A stretch of DNA of 51,854 nt, taken from contig CAWHDZ010000013.1 of the NCBI GenBank assembly GCA_963828255.1, positions 1 through 51,854 of the forward strand. The letters run 5' to 3'. The first letter of the stretch is position 1; every line of letters starts with the position of its first letter. Positions 50,001 through 51,854 of the stretch are shown one piece after another. This stretch comes from an uncultured delta proteobacterium (lineage in GTDB: Bacteria > Myxococcota > Myxococcia > Myxococcales > Anaeromyxobacteraceae). The notes below the pieces were generated by a model. It was given only the letters and a program-made list of their open reading frames with translations. It had not been told where the DNA came from and did not search any database. The position numbers and the translations under genes were made by a program.

Positions 50001-50943
50001 CGTGACCTTCGCTTTCTTCGTCTTCGCTCCTGAACGTAACGCCGCACCAGCAGCACTCGTCTTGGCTCCAGGAGTGGTTGCAGTGGTGGCCGCACGCGCG
50101 CTTGGACTTCGGGCACTCGAAGAAGGGGCGTCTTCTCCCGGCAGGAGGAGCAGTCTTCCAGCGGTGCCTCGTGGCCACCATGGCCGGGGCCGTGGCCGTC
50201 GAGCCACGCTTCACCCGCGTCTTGGGCGGTCGATGACCCTTCCCCAGGCTGCGAACGGTCGACGCCTTCTCCGGAGCGGGATCGGGTGTCGCGCGGAGGT
50301 CGGGGTCGGCCTCGAGCAGGGCGTAGATCTTCTCGATGCGTTGCGGAGTCGTCCCCCCGGACCCCCTCGGGGGTGCTCGGCTTGGCGCGAAGCTCGTTCC
50401 GGAGCCTGGTGAGATGGTCGAGCTCCTCGGCCTGGGCTTTACGGGTGAGCGCGCGAGCGCTCTCGGCTTGGCTCTGGAGGAGCGGGTTGACGGCGAGCGC
50501 GAGGTTGCGTCGCTCGATGCCGGCCTCGTTCACGGGGTACGGGTTGGCGCCCATGTTGGCACCCACCCAGGGACCCTGGACCGCGGCACCGATCGCGGGC
50601 TCCTGGAAGCCGGCCCCCACGAAGATCGGGGGTTCGGCCGCCGCGGCGCCCGCGGCAATGTTGTAGGCGTCGTGGTGGTTGCCGAACTCTGCGACGCGGG
50701 TTGCGCCCGCGAGGGAGACCTGGCGCGCAAGCAGCGCCACGCGACTCGCCTCCTGGAAGCGCTGCGGGCGTTGCGAGGAGGTGAGGAGGAAGGCCGGAGA
50801 TCGGCGAGCGCTGCGGTGGCCCTGTCCACCTTCTCCTTGAAGGTCGGGTCCACGTCCGTCGTGACTCGTTGGTTGGCGCGAGCGGCACGGTTCGCAAGCG
50901 TCATTTCCCGCGCGATTCCGGCACCCCGATCCATGGCGTTCAC
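49993..50943 (-). CDS. Hypothetical gene(s) with several frameshifts; C-terminal Cys/His-rich Zn-binding segment
   Basis: Coding-bias frame switches at ~50795, ~50355 and ~50130; CPKSKRACGHHCNH...CCWCG. Confidence 0.45.
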
Positions 50944-51719
50944 GGCTGCCACCCGCGCACGTTGTGCTCCGGCTTCGCGCGGCACGCCGCGCACTGGCAG
51001 TCGTGGGTGTAGGCCCGGACGCAAGCCTTCTCTCGGAACTGGGTCGCGGCCTCCCGCAGGGCCTCGCTCCGGATCTTGCCGAGGGCCTGCATGTCCGGCG
51101 AGACCTGGGCGTAGGCGCGATCGATGGACTCGGCCATCTTGTCGAGCTCGGCCGCGAAGGTGGAGAGAGGTCCGGCAGGCTGTGGGGGTGACTGCCGAGC
51201 GACCTCCGAGGTAGGGAGCGCCACAGGGGTCGCCCCGACCATGGCGACGATCTCCCCTGTGAGCACGAGGAGGTTGACGTCGCCCTCGTACGTGGAGAGG
51301 CGCGTCCGGATCTGGGCAAGGACTGCCTCGGCACGCTCGGCGCGTACTTTCCAGTGGTCGCCCTCGACCCGCTCGACGCCGAGCACCACGTACTCTCTGG
51401 GCACCCCGAACTGGCCGCCCGGTGTGAGGTAGGTGACCCGCACGCGAATCTTGCGGATGGTGTACTCGCCGGGAAGGCTCTCGCCAGCACGACGCCTGCA
51501 AAGGGCGCAGATCTTGGAGGACACCTCCCCAGGGCGTCGACGGAGGGTCTCATCATCACCCTCGAACACGCACGACCCCTCGTGCGCCGGCCGCCACTCC
51601 CGGAGGAGCAGCGTATCGCCGACAGTGAAGCCCCGATCGGCGCGCCGGACCTCGTAGCGCTTGAGCCCATCGAGGATCGCCTGAAAAGGGACGGGCCACG
51701 TCTTCAACTCGTGCTCCAT
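50940..51719 (-). CDS. ASCH/DUF3850-domain protein
   Basis: HELKTWP..FQAILDGLKRYEVRRADRGFTVGDTLLLREW...VTY...YVVLG. Confidence 0.85.
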   Translation of the reverse strand: MEHELKTWPVPFQAILDGLKRYEVRRADRGFTVGDTLLLREWRPAHEGSCVFEGDDETLRRRPGEVSSKICALCRRRAGESLPGEYTIRKIRVRVTYLTPGGQFGVPREYVVLGVERVEGDHWKVRAERAEAVLAQIRTRLSTYEGDVNLLVLTGEIVAMVGATPVALPTSEVARQSPPQPAGPLSTFAAELDKMAESIDRAYAQVSPDMQALGKIRSEALREAATQFREKACVRAYTHDCQCAACRAKPEHNVRGWQP

Positions 51720-51721
51720 GG

Positions 51722-51854
51722 TCACCCCTTCTTCTTGGTGTCGTGCTGGACGATGGTGATGAGATTCTCGGTAGAGGCGCGCGTTCTCCTCACGGTTCGC
51801 CAGGAAGTCGCTGGCGGCGAGGTTGCGGATGATGGTGACGATGCGCAGGCGTAT
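51722..51854 (-). CDS. 3' end of a hypothetical gene (partial, frameshift at ~51770)
   Basis: IRLRIVTIIRNLAASDFLANREENARLY / ENLITIVQHDTKKKG*. Confidence 0.45.
   Translation of the reverse strand, partial: YACASSPSSATSPPATSWRTVRRTRASTENLITIVQHDTKKKG

Larger units (their letters stand above)
37990..51854. mobile_element. Virus-like region (candidate tailless membrane-containing virus), right end outside the window; provirus or chimeric join
   Basis: Abrupt argD truncation; visibly different codon style; dense short co-oriented ORFans with phage-type accessory genes. Confidence 0.75.

Overview
The window has two distinct parts. (1) About 1-37,990 is a very GC-rich chromosomal segment with an Anaeromyxobacter/Myxococcota-like gene set (taxonomy inferred): queD, thiE/thiG/thiS, an SNF2 helicase, a CHAD protein, a glpA/glpB-like cluster, aspS, recJ, a CusB/CusA-type heavy-metal RND pair, tRNA-Glu(TTC), WS/DGAT, a frameshifted metF, greB, engB, coaE, a MaoC pair, a DnaJ-Hsp70-TPR cassette and argF. 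(2) At about 37,990 argD is abruptly cut, leaving only its last ~50 codons. The sequence then switches to a >=13.8 kb virus-like block, mostly on the minus strand. It has no recognisable tail, terminase, portal or integrase gene. It encodes a candidate single jelly-roll capsid protein flanked by strongly structured intergenic RNAs, a transglutaminase-like Cys protease, a papain-like Cys protease, four N-terminally membrane-anchored Pro-rich proteins sharing a repeated helical module, a modular 613-aa protein, and NUDIX and ASCH/DUF3850 proteins. My best hypothesis is a previously uncharacterised tailless, membrane-containing virus. This block has about 10 single-base frameshifts against one in the left 38 kb, so a chimeric or low-coverage join must be excluded before calling it a provirus. 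All family calls come from motif recognition; no searches were run.
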